Of a stretch of 32,000 nt of DNA, positions 17,198-25,820 are shown in pieces. The translations under genes were made by a program, and so were the position numbers. Within the stretch, counting starts at the first letter, position 1; every line of letters begins with the position of its first letter. Source of the stretch: a bacterium (GTDB taxonomy: Bacteria; UBP7; UBA6624); the NCBI GenBank assembly GCA_002716355.1, contig PBAU01000003.1, positions 1 through 32,000 on the forward strand. The letters run 5' to 3'. The notes below the pieces were generated by a model, which made no database searches, was not told the origin of the DNA, and was given only the letters and a program-made list of their open reading frames with translations.

Positions 17198-18697
17198 ATG
17201 TGTGAAAACATGTCTGATCCAGGATCTCCACCTTTTGTTAGGGGAATATATAAAGATATGTATAAAAAAAAACCATGGACAATGAGGCAGTATTCAGGCT
17301 TTAGCACTGCAGAACAAACAAACAAAAGATTTAAAAATTTATTAAAAAATGGTCAGACTGGATTGTCTGTTGCTTTTGATCTCCCTACACAGATGGGCCT
17401 TGACAGTGATAACGCTTTATCAATTGGAGAGGTGGGGCGAGCCGGTGTTGCAATAGACACAATTGAGGATATGAGGATATTGTTGGATGGAATACCTTTA
17501 GATAAGGTAAGTATATCTATGACAATTAATTCTCCTGCTTCAATAATATGGGCAATGTTGCTTGTTGTGGCCGAAGAGCAAAATGTTTCTTGGAAAAATA
17601 TAAGGGGAACTATACAGAATGATATATTGAAAGAATACGTTGCTAGAGGGACGTACATCTTTCCGCCAGAGCCTAGTATGAAATTAACAAAAGATACTTT
17701 TGAGATGGTTGAAAATGTTCCAAACTTCAACCCTATTAGCATTTCGGGGTACCACATAAGGGAGGCAGGTGCCAGTGCGGCTCTCGAGCTTGGTATAACA
17801 TTTTCTCATGCTATTGCTTATTTAGATGTTGCAAAAAATACAAATTTAGATTTTGAAAAAGTTGTCAAAAGGTTTTCTTTCTTTTTCGGCTGTCATAATG
17901 ATATCTTTGAAGAAGTAGCAAAGTTTAGAGCTGCAAGATGGATTTGGAATGATATCCTTGAAGACTACGGTGTGAATGATTTGAATGCAAGAAAATTAAG
18001 ATTTCATACTCAAACTTGTGGTTCAACATTGACAAGAAACCAACCTTTGTTAAATGTTGCAAGAGTTGCATTGCAAGCTTTGGCAGCAACATTAGGGGGA
18101 ACTCAGTCATTGCATACTAATGCATATGATGAAGCAATTGGTTTGCCAACTGAAGAATCCGCGCTTATTGCCTTGAGGACCCAGCAGATTCTTTACCATG
18201 AAAGTGGGCTTTCAAGAGAGGTTGATCCGTTTGGTGGTTCCCAGTTCATTGAAAATGAAACATGCAGGATAAGAAAAGAAACAAATCAAATTATTGATTT
18301 AATAAAAAAATCCGGAGGTGCAATTAAGTCTGTTGAAAATGGCTTGACCTCATCTTTGATACATGAAGAAAGCCACAAATACCAAAAAGAAATTGAAAAC
18401 AAAGAAAGGTTGATAATTGGGGTGAATTCTTTTGAAGAAAATTCATCAGAGATTCCAGACCCTCAGTTGATACCAGAAAAAACTAGAGAGAATCAAATAA
18501 AAAAGTTAAACCACATAAAAAATTCAAGAGATGATAATCTGGCTAAAGAAGCTTTGCAAGCTTTATCTAAAAGTCAAAAAAGAAATGATAATTTAATGCC
18601 CTGTATATTAAGTGCTGTTAAGAAAAAATGCACGATTGGTGAAATTTGCGCTGAACTTGGTCGATTTTGGGGAACACATTCGCAAATATCATCATAA
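17198..18697 (+). CDS. Methylmalonyl-CoA mutase family, catalytic (substrate-binding barrel) subunit only; no B12-binding domain
   Basis: PPFVRGIY...PWTMRQYSGFSTAEQTNKRFKNLLKNGQTGLSVAFDLPTQMGLDSD, GTIQNDILKEYVARGTYIFPP and ISISGYHIREAGA closely match the MutB N-terminal domain. The protein ends before any DxHxxG cobalamin domain. Confidence 0.9.
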   Translation: MCENMSDPGSPPFVRGIYKDMYKKKPWTMRQYSGFSTAEQTNKRFKNLLKNGQTGLSVAFDLPTQMGLDSDNALSIGEVGRAGVAIDTIEDMRILLDGIPLDKVSISMTINSPASIIWAMLLVVAEEQNVSWKNIRGTIQNDILKEYVARGTYIFPPEPSMKLTKDTFEMVENVPNFNPISISGYHIREAGASAALELGITFSHAIAYLDVAKNTNLDFEKVVKRFSFFFGCHNDIFEEVAKFRAARWIWNDILEDYGVNDLNARKLRFHTQTCGSTLTRNQPLLNVARVALQALAATLGGTQSLHTNAYDEAIGLPTEESALIALRTQQILYHESGLSREVDPFGGSQFIENETCRIRKETNQIIDLIKKSGGAIKSVENGLTSSLIHEESHKYQKEIENKERLIIGVNSFEENSSEIPDPQLIPEKTRENQIKKLNHIKNSRDDNLAKEALQALSKSQKRNDNLMPCILSAVKKKCTIGEICAELGRFWGTHSQISS

Positions 18698-18707
18698 AAT
18701 CTACCTT

Positions 18708-20276
18708 ATGCCAATTCCAATAGCTGACCCAAACAAAATACTTAATTTAATGAATGATCTTGTTGAGATTAAAAGTCCAACTGGTTCTTATGGAGAAGAT
18801 GACATTCTTGATTTCATAGAGTCTTATGTAAAAAGGAAATCTGAGGGCGGTATAGATGTATTATCTTATGGTTATGAGATCGAAAAAAATGAGAGTTTTA
18901 CAGAGGAAAAAAGATCCATTGCATTAGTCAAAAAAGGAAAAAGCAAGAAGGCGGTGTTGTTTGTAGCTAATGTTGACACTGTAGGAACTTCTGATTATTC
19001 ATATCTTGAACCCGTCTCTACTAGTCCAGATAAGCTTCTTAAAAGTTTAAGTGTTGAGGTGAAAGAGTCAGCTAAAGCTGGACAAATGGATGATAGAGCT
19101 CCATTGTCAGAGATTGCAACAAAACATGTAAAGACAAAGGATTGGATATGGGGCAGGGGAACTTTAGACATGAAGGGAAGTCTGGCTGCCTTGATTGAAA
19201 CTATTCTTGCATGGGAGAATGAGGATGCAAGCTTGGTTTTGCTTATCTGTCCTGACAGGCATGGTGACTCAGAAGGCATAAAGAATGCACTTCCCAAGCT
19301 AGGCCAGGAGATCAGAAAAAGAAAAATGAGTATTGTTGGCATGGTGGGAACAGATGCTTGGGAACCATCAGCTGAAAATTCTGTCAGAGATGTACATATG
19401 TCTCTTCTAGGCAAGGCTTTGGTTTGCATTTATTATAGGGGTCCTACAGGAACAATTTCATCAAATAATGGTTTTCCTTCAGCGTTAGCTATGGGTTCAG
19501 ACATTGTTAATGAATTGGATTGCGCAGAATATTTAATAGAGGAAAAAGATGGAGTAAAAACCCCCAAGTCTTTATTTCTATCAGCTAGAGATTTGAAAGA
19601 TTCATACAACACTCAGGTTCCTGGTGAGTTTTGGGGCTTCATGCATATTCCTACTTTTAAAAAGCCAAAAGAGGTTTTAGAAGTTATCAAAGAGAAGGTT
19701 GCTGCTGTAATAGAAAAGAAAGTTTTAGAGAGGTCGAAAAAGTTTGGATTTGATGTAGTTGATGTTCCTATGCTTGACACTCTTGATCTTGTTGAAAAAC
19801 CCTACATAGTTCCCAAAGGTCAAAATTTAAGAGAGTTATGTAGGGATAAGTTCCTTGCAAGTGCCCTTTACAAAAAGATTAAATCACCTTGGTGTATTGT
19901 TTCCATGATCCCTCCTTATTACCCAGGTTACTCTTGGAAAACCTCTAAAAAAAGTGATTTTGAAAAAGCGTTAGACAAAGCTTTGAAGAAATCTGCTAAA
20001 AAGTTTGAAATTGAATATGAGAAACAGCCTTTCTATAAGGATGTTTCTGAACTTTCTCTAATTCCAGCAAGTAGAGATTATTGGATAGAGTTCACTCCTC
20101 AGCAACCTCTTAAGCTAACGTCTTCAAAGGGTGTAGGCGTTCAGGATATACCATATGTGAACATTGGGCCGCTGGGATACGGAGCTGCAACTCATGAAGA
20201 GAGAGTTTTAAAGGCGGATATTCTTGAAAGGGTTCCTTTTACTCTGTCTGCCTTGATTAAAGAATTTTTATCTTAA
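18708..20276 (+). CDS. M20-family metallopeptidase-like protein, RocB-like
   Basis: LMNDLVEIKSPTGSYGEDD, AVLFVANVDTVG and WIWGRGTLDMKGSLAALIETILAW resemble M20/RocB. The ATG at 18708 is 11 nt after the mutase stop. The track start at 18612 lies inside the mutase gene. Confidence 0.65.
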   Translation: MPIPIADPNKILNLMNDLVEIKSPTGSYGEDDILDFIESYVKRKSEGGIDVLSYGYEIEKNESFTEEKRSIALVKKGKSKKAVLFVANVDTVGTSDYSYLEPVSTSPDKLLKSLSVEVKESAKAGQMDDRAPLSEIATKHVKTKDWIWGRGTLDMKGSLAALIETILAWENEDASLVLLICPDRHGDSEGIKNALPKLGQEIRKRKMSIVGMVGTDAWEPSAENSVRDVHMSLLGKALVCIYYRGPTGTISSNNGFPSALAMGSDIVNELDCAEYLIEEKDGVKTPKSLFLSARDLKDSYNTQVPGEFWGFMHIPTFKKPKEVLEVIKEKVAAVIEKKVLERSKKFGFDVVDVPMLDTLDLVEKPYIVPKGQNLRELCRDKFLASALYKKIKSPWCIVSMIPPYYPGYSWKTSKKSDFEKALDKALKKSAKKFEIEYEKQPFYKDVSELSLIPASRDYWIEFTPQQPLKLTSSKGVGVQDIPYVNIGPLGYGAATHEERVLKADILERVPFTLSALIKEFLS

Positions 20277-20322
20277 TTTAGTTTTTGTTAAAAATTTCCA
20301 ATGATTTTTTTATTGATCGTTT

Positions 20323-20394
20323 ATTAGAGTGAAAGTTACTCTATTTTTTTTTCTTGGAATAAAATTCACTCTATCTAGTATTTTTAGAGTAAAA
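20323..20394. promoter_or_regulatory. Candidate operator: four copies of a TAGAGT/ACTCTA-centred ~10-nt motif in two inverted pairs upstream of the wHTH regulator gene
   Basis: TAGAGT (20325-20330)-N7-ACTCTA (20338-20343) is one pair. ACTCTA (20368-20373)-N11-TAGAGT (20385-20390) is the other. The extended similarity is TTAGAGT(G/A)AAA and TT(C)ACTCTAT. The element lies in the only long intergenic region of the window (20277-20402). Confidence 0.5.
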
Positions 20395-20402
20395 TATATC
20401 CT

Positions 20403-20876
20403 ATGTCGTTAAAAAAGATATTTGGTTCAAAGCTTAGAGCGGATATACTTCTCGAGGTTTTTTCAAATCCTGAGCAAGATTATCATGTTAGAAAGCTTGC
20501 TGCTATAGTTAATGGACATAGCACAAATGTCTCAAGGGAACTCAGGATGTTGGAAGAAATTGGCATACTTGTTCATAGGAAAGTTGGGAGAAAGGTTGTC
20601 GTAAGTTTGAAAAAAGATGATCCTTCAATAGAACTTTTTGGCAAATGGATCAAAGAGTGGAAAAATCCTATAAGCAGAATTACAAGGTATGCATCAAAAA
20701 ATAATCTTTCGTTAAGGTCTGTGGATAGGCAGGATGAAAAAGGTGACAGTGTTTTGGTTATCCTGGAAGGAAGCGACACTCCCTCTGATCTTGAGGATTA
20801 TGTTGACATGATAAATTCAGATAAGCAAAAACCTTTTTTAAAAGCTCTTTATGTTTGGGTTCCTTTAGGAAATTAG
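20403..20876 (+). CDS. Winged-helix (ArsR/MarR-like) transcriptional regulator with uncharacterised C-terminal domain
   Basis: ILLEVFSNPEQDYHVRKLAAIVNGHSTNVSRELRMLEEIGILVHRKVGRKVVVSL fits an HTH plus wing pattern. Confidence 0.7.
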   Translation: MSLKKIFGSKLRADILLEVFSNPEQDYHVRKLAAIVNGHSTNVSRELRMLEEIGILVHRKVGRKVVVSLKKDDPSIELFGKWIKEWKNPISRITRYASKNNLSLRSVDRQDEKGDSVLVILEGSDTPSDLEDYVDMINSDKQKPFLKALYVWVPLGN

Positions 20877-21439
20877 CCATTAAAAAAATAACCCATCATC
20901 GCTAAGCCTTGAGCGCCATTTTTCTTTGCTTCTTCCATATCTGAAATTGACATTCCCCCCAAGGCATAAGTTGGCTTTTTTATTTTTTTTGCTAACCTTT
21001 TGAACTCCTTCCAGCCCAAAGGTTTGACTTGATTTCCTTTTGAAGGTGTGTTTTTGACTGGAGACAGTAAAGCTGCATCAAATTTAAAGTTTTTAAATTT
21101 AATCAATGAATTTGTGTTGTGTATGGATGTAGTAAGAAACAAATCAGAGTTAACCCTATAGCTTTCAATCCATCCTTTTGAAGGCTCTAAGTCAGGCATA
21201 TGCAATCCTTCAAATCCAATATCTGCAGCTATTTGAGGTTTGCCATTCAGTATTAAGAATAATTTTGGAAATTCTTTTCTTATTTTTTTTGAAATTTCTA
21301 CAAGTTTTTTTTGATTGATCTCTTTGTCTCTCACCTGTAAAGCATCCATCCCGCGATCAAGTGCAATTTCTATTTTTTTTAGAATTTTTTTTTCATTTTT
21401 GATAGATGGAGTTATGCCAATTGTTTCAATTATTTTCAA
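20873..21439 (-). CDS. thiE: Thiamine-phosphate synthase
   Basis: LQVRDKE, GLHMPD and YALGGMSISDMEEAKKNGAQGLAMM fit ThiE, and the gene follows thiS-thiG. It has a TTG start overlapping the thiG TGA. Confidence 0.8.
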   Translation of the reverse strand: MKIIETIGITPSIKNEKKILKKIEIALDRGMDALQVRDKEINQKKLVEISKKIRKEFPKLFLILNGKPQIAADIGFEGLHMPDLEPSKGWIESYRVNSDLFLTTSIHNTNSLIKFKNFKFDAALLSPVKNTPSKGNQVKPLGWKEFKRLAKKIKKPTYALGGMSISDMEEAKKNGAQGLAMMGYFFNG

Positions 21440-22206
21440 CTTCCAGGAACGCCTTTTGTCGGGCTTGAAGGGTCTGCAGAAAATTTCCTCGGCATCCTGC
21501 CAGCATCAAATGCTAATTTTCCAGCAATAACTGAATGTTTCATTGCTTCAGCCATTTGAATTGGCTTTTTTGCTTCTGCTATAGCAGTGTTCATTAGTAC
21601 ACCATCTGCACCTAATTCCATCGCAACAGCTGCATCGCTAGCCGTTCCAACACCTGCATCAACTATCATTGGCACATTGTTTATGGCTTTTCTGACTATT
21701 GACAACGTTTCTCTGTCCTGTATTCCAAGACCACTTCCTATAGGTGAGGCAAGTGGCATCACTGCATGACAGCCAATTTCTTGAAGCTTCCTGGCTCCTA
21801 CTGGGTCAGGGCCGCAGTATGGCATTACAACAAAGTCGTCTTGAATTAATATTTTTGCAGCTTCTATAGTTTGCTCCATATCAGGCCATAAACTGAATTT
21901 ATCCCCAATAACCTCTAGCTTGATAAGATTAGTTTTTAATGCCTCTCTTGCAAGTTTTGCTGTCAGTATTGCATCTTCGACATTAAAGCATCCAGCTGTA
22001 TTTGGCAACAAGCTGAATCTTTCAGGGTCAAGAAAATCCAAAAGACCCTCTCCCTTTGGGGCATTTAAATCAATTCTTCTAATTGCAACTGTTACCAAGT
22101 CAGTGCCGCTAGCTTCTAAAGATTTTTTCATTGTTTCAAAATCTTGATATTTTCCTGTTCCCAGAACAAGTCTTGAATGAAATTTATAAGGTCCTATATT
22201 TAACAT
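21436..22206 (-). CDS. thiG: Thiazole synthase
   Basis: FHSRLVLGTGKY, LIKLEVIGD, VMPLASPIGSGLG and VDAGVGTASDAAVAMELGADGVLMNTAIA are ThiG motifs. Confidence 0.95.
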   Translation of the reverse strand: MLNIGPYKFHSRLVLGTGKYQDFETMKKSLEASGTDLVTVAIRRIDLNAPKGEGLLDFLDPERFSLLPNTAGCFNVEDAILTAKLAREALKTNLIKLEVIGDKFSLWPDMEQTIEAAKILIQDDFVVMPYCGPDPVGARKLQEIGCHAVMPLASPIGSGLGIQDRETLSIVRKAINNVPMIVDAGVGTASDAAVAMELGADGVLMNTAIAEAKKPIQMAEAMKHSVIAGKLAFDAGRMPRKFSADPSSPTKGVPGS

Positions 22207-22404
22207 TTATCCTCCTGGGGCTGCTTTGACAAACTCTAGAGTATCCCCTTCTTTTAATTCGATGCAGTCTCTTTCGTGACGGTGAACTATCTCTCTGTTT
22301 AAGGCTACTGCAACAAAATCTGGAGATATCTTCAGTTCTCTTAAAAGATGATTTACAGTTCCGCCTTTAAAGCTTACGAATTCACCATTTACTTTGATTT
22401 TCAT
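22207..22404 (-). CDS. thiS: Sulfur-carrier protein ThiS
   Basis: A 65-aa ubiquitin-fold-size protein ending in ...AAPGG, immediately upstream of thiG. Its ATG overlaps the upstream peptidase stop (ATGA). Confidence 0.9.
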   Translation of the reverse strand: MKIKVNGEFVSFKGGTVNHLLRELKISPDFVAVALNREIVHRHERDCIELKEGDTLEFVKAAPGG

Positions 22405-24371
22405 AGGTTGTTTTTAAACCAGTTAATCAACAATCTCAATCTTTCCATTTTTCTGTTTGGAGAGCCAGATCTTGACAATTCGTGTGTTTCGTTTGGAAAC
22501 CGTGCAAAGGAAACTTTTTGGCCTAGCATTTTTAGCGAAATAAAAAGTTGTTCTGCTTGCTCTATTGGACATCTTAAATCTTGTTCACTGTGTATTATCA
22601 ATGTAGCAGCTTTCATGTTTTCAACATAGGTTATAGGGCTTTTTTCCAGATACACTTTAGAATTTTCCCAAGGTGTTTTGCCGATTTGTTCAATATCAAA
22701 AAAATAACCAATATCACTTGTTCCAAACATTGATGTAAAGTTTGATATACCTCTTTGTGTAACTGCAGCTTTAAACATGTCAGTGTGTCCTATTATCCAA
22801 TTTGTCATAAAGCCCCCATAAGAGCCCCCACACACGCCAAGTCTTTTTTCATCAATTTGCTTGTGCTTTTTGAGGCTTTCTTGAACTGACTCAATAAGAT
22901 CTTCGTAATCTCTTTCACCATACTTTTTGAAAACACTATGAGCCCAATCAACACCATATCCATCAGAGCCTCTAGGATTTCCGTATATAACTGCAAAACC
23001 TTCTCCTGCAAGCATTTGGAATTCAAGCATAATTGCGTTGCCATAAACTGTTTTTGGGCCTCCATGAATTTCCAATATTGCTGGTACTTTTTTCTTGTGT
23101 GTTAGTCTCGGTTTTATGATCCAGGCATCCACTAAAGTTTTATCAGAAGCTTCAAAAGTCATTTTTTCTGGCTTAAAGAATCTCCTCTTGCTTGCAAGAT
23201 TGTCATTGTATTTTGTTATCTTTATAGCTTTTTTATCGTCATCAACAAACCATAATTCAGGAAAGGATATAGGTGAGGTTCTGAGTTCAATTCGGGATTT
23301 TCCGTCTTTTGATTGAGAGTAACCAATTACAGAGTGTCCTGCATCAGAAATGTATTTCCAAGTTTGTTTTTTGATATCTAGTTCAACAAGTCGTAGAGAT
23401 TCCTTGACGGTTGCAACAAATCTTGCTTTGTTGAGGCTGCTTGAGACCCAAACATCACTTCCTGATGGAAACCTTGTATCGCAATTCATTGAATCTCCTA
23501 TTCCAAATTCAAAATCACCTGTTATTTTTTTTAATTTCTTGTTTTTCTGAACCTCATAAAGGCTGTCATTGGATGCCCAGGATTTTTTCATATCATTTGC
23601 AATAACATAAATTTGACCTCCTGAGACAATAGGGGTATGCAGTCTTTTGCCAAATGATGTAATCTTTTTCTCCTTTCCGCCCTGTAGAGATATTGAGTAA
23701 AGTTCTGATGACATTGCTTGATCCATGTCGTTTTCAGGATTTGGAGTTCTTGAATACAGAACTTTATCATCTTGTGCATACCAAGATCCAACACTCCATT
23801 TTCCAGATGTTATTTTTTTGGATTTTTTGCTTTTGATCTTCTGTACAAATAAGTGATTTCTTTTTCTCAAAAATGAACCCTGCCCATTGAGTCTCCAAAA
23901 TGCTGAATCGATAACTTCAACATCATCTGCAAAAGAGTCTTTGTATTTAGATTTTTCTGGATCATCAAAAGATGTAAATATTATCGATTTTCCATTTGGT
24001 GAAAATTTAAAAGAGTTAATTCCGTTTTTTTGCTTTGTGAATTTTCTTGCCTCTCCTCCCTCCATGTCAAGTAGATAAATTTGATAGTGTTCATCTTTTG
24101 TCCTCTTCGAAAGAAAAGCAAGTGTTTTTCCGCTTGGTGACCATTTGGGTGAAAATGCATCAAATTCCTCAGAAGAAATTCTTTTGCTTTTAAATGTTTT
24201 CAAATCTGTTATTGCAATTTCAGATTTCCAGCAATTTTTTTTAGTATTCTTGTGAGCTTTTTTTAAAACATAACATACGTTATTTTTCTTGGGGTTAATA
24301 ACAGGGTCCGAAACGTGGATTATTTTTCTTATATCTTTTATTGAAAAGTTTTTTAGTTCTTTTTTCATCAT
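22401..24371 (-). CDS. S9-family serine peptidase (prolyl oligopeptidase / acylaminoacyl-peptidase type) with N-terminal PD40 beta-propeller
   Basis: WSPSGKTLAF and FSPNGKSIIF are propeller blades. GVCGGSYGGFMTN is the nucleophile elbow. The C-terminus has SEQDLRCP and NETHEL. The track start at 24377 is TTG; the ATG at 24371 overlaps the proS TAA by 1 nt. Confidence 0.9.
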   Translation of the reverse strand: MMKKELKNFSIKDIRKIIHVSDPVINPKKNNVCYVLKKAHKNTKKNCWKSEIAITDLKTFKSKRISSEEFDAFSPKWSPSGKTLAFLSKRTKDEHYQIYLLDMEGGEARKFTKQKNGINSFKFSPNGKSIIFTSFDDPEKSKYKDSFADDVEVIDSAFWRLNGQGSFLRKRNHLFVQKIKSKKSKKITSGKWSVGSWYAQDDKVLYSRTPNPENDMDQAMSSELYSISLQGGKEKKITSFGKRLHTPIVSGGQIYVIANDMKKSWASNDSLYEVQKNKKLKKITGDFEFGIGDSMNCDTRFPSGSDVWVSSSLNKARFVATVKESLRLVELDIKKQTWKYISDAGHSVIGYSQSKDGKSRIELRTSPISFPELWFVDDDKKAIKITKYNDNLASKRRFFKPEKMTFEASDKTLVDAWIIKPRLTHKKKVPAILEIHGGPKTVYGNAIMLEFQMLAGEGFAVIYGNPRGSDGYGVDWAHSVFKKYGERDYEDLIESVQESLKKHKQIDEKRLGVCGGSYGGFMTNWIIGHTDMFKAAVTQRGISNFTSMFGTSDIGYFFDIEQIGKTPWENSKVYLEKSPITYVENMKAATLIIHSEQDLRCPIEQAEQLFISLKMLGQKVSFARFPNETHELSRSGSPNRKMERLRLLINWFKNNL

Positions 24372-25798
24372 TACCAAGCTCTTGAAAATAATGCTTTTAT
24401 CTTTGTTTTTGAGCCATCTTGAGCAACGCTTTCATCTGTAGGATTTAGGCATCTTATAGTAGCTTTTGTTTTTTCTTTAATTTCGGCTTCAAGATCTTTG
24501 TTTTCTGGATTCCATGGAATCCATATTGCTTTTTTGGAGTCGATTGCTTTTTTGATTTCTTCAGTCTTTTTTCCCTCCAGTATTCTGCTTTCCATTTTGT
24601 TTTTTGCACTTTCAAAAAGGTTTTTCTGGATGTCTGATTTTAAAAATTCACAAGTTTCAGAAATATTTTCAATTTTTATTTTTTCTTTAGAGCCCTTGTC
24701 TCTTCTTGCTACCATGCATGAATTTTCTTCCAGGTCTCTTGGTCCTATTTCGATTCGTATAGGCACACCCTTTAGCTCCCAGTCATTGAATTTGAATCCA
24801 GGTCTTAAGTTTTCCCTGTTGTCATAAGTGACCTTGAATCCTTTTTCAACAAGATCGTCTTTAATTTTTAAGCTAACTTCATTAACTTTAGGATTTTTCT
24901 CAGCAGCAATAGGAACTATTACTATCTGGATGGGTGCGATTTTTGGAGGGAGTATTAAGCCTTTGTCGTCACCATGGGTTAAAACAAGTCCTCCGATAAG
25001 CCTTGTTGAAACACCCCATGATGTTTGAAAAGGGTGCTTTCTTGTTTTGTCTTTATCTTGAAACCATATGTCAAATGCTTTTGCAAAGTTTGTTCCAAGG
25101 TAATGGCTTGTGCCCATTTGTAACGCCTGCCCATCTGGCAAGATCGTTTCTATAGTGTGAGTCTCTACCGCTCCAGCAAATTTTTCAGATTCAGATTTTT
25201 GACCGTAAACCAAAGGCACAGCAAGAAAGTCTTGAACTGTATCTTTGTAAACTTCAAGCATCAACAATGTTTCTTTTAATGCTTCTTCTTTGGTTGCATG
25301 GACAGTATGTCCTTCCTGCCACAGGAATTCAGTAGTGCGTAAAAAAGGCCTTGTTGTCTTTTCCCACCTCATTACATTTGCCCATTGGTTTATCAGTATT
25401 GGAAGGTCTCTATATCCATTTATCCATTTAGCGTACATGTGACAAATCATCGCTTCGCTCGTCGGGCGAATTGCAAGCCTTTCTTCAAGGGGTTCGCTAC
25501 CAGCTGTCTCAACCCATGCAACTTCAGGAGCAAAACCTTCAACATGTTCTGCTTCTTTTTTTAAAAAAGATTCTGGTATCAATAATGGGAAATAGGCATT
25601 TTGATGACCTGTTTCTTTAAACCTTCTATCAAGTTCTTTTTGTATTTGTTCCCATAAGGCGTAACCATGAGGTTTGATAACCATTGATCCTCTAACTGGA
25701 GCATAGTCAACAAGTCCTGCCTTCAGTACTGTATCAGTGTACCATTGAGATAAATTTTCATCCCTTGAGGACACGCCTAAATTTTTTGATTTGTTCAT
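24371..25798 (-). CDS. proS: Prolyl-tRNA synthetase, archaeal/eukaryote-like type (no INS editing domain)
   Basis: SQWYTDTVLKAGLVDYAPVRGSMVIKPHGYALWE, AYFPLLIP, IRPTSE and RTTEFLWQEGHT are class II ProRS motifs. At 475 aa it lacks the bacterial insertion domain. Confidence 0.95.
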   Translation of the reverse strand: MNKSKNLGVSSRDENLSQWYTDTVLKAGLVDYAPVRGSMVIKPHGYALWEQIQKELDRRFKETGHQNAYFPLLIPESFLKKEAEHVEGFAPEVAWVETAGSEPLEERLAIRPTSEAMICHMYAKWINGYRDLPILINQWANVMRWEKTTRPFLRTTEFLWQEGHTVHATKEEALKETLLMLEVYKDTVQDFLAVPLVYGQKSESEKFAGAVETHTIETILPDGQALQMGTSHYLGTNFAKAFDIWFQDKDKTRKHPFQTSWGVSTRLIGGLVLTHGDDKGLILPPKIAPIQIVIVPIAAEKNPKVNEVSLKIKDDLVEKGFKVTYDNRENLRPGFKFNDWELKGVPIRIEIGPRDLEENSCMVARRDKGSKEKIKIENISETCEFLKSDIQKNLFESAKNKMESRILEGKKTEEIKKAIDSKKAIWIPWNPENKDLEAEIKEKTKATIRCLNPTDESVAQDGSKTKIKALFSRAW

Positions 25799-25820
25799 CT
25801 TTTCATATCGTACTATTTAT

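Noticed and set aside
17167-17325. Long N-terminal extension of the HtrA-like protease
   Set aside because: It would overlap the divergent mutase start by more than 100 nt. The internal ATGs at 17211 and 17166 precede the membrane anchor. The exact start remains uncertain.
18612-18707. Track start of the M20-like ORF inside the mutase gene
   Set aside because: The 32 extra residues overlap the mutase 3' end in another frame. The ATG at 18708 gives a typical M20 N-terminus with an 11-nt spacer.
22405-22700. TPP riboswitch upstream of thiS
   Set aside because: The region is entirely coding for the S9 peptidase 3' end, and thiS overlaps its stop. I could not spot the conserved CUGAGA/ACCUGA core by eye, but a covariance-model scan would be needed to be sure.
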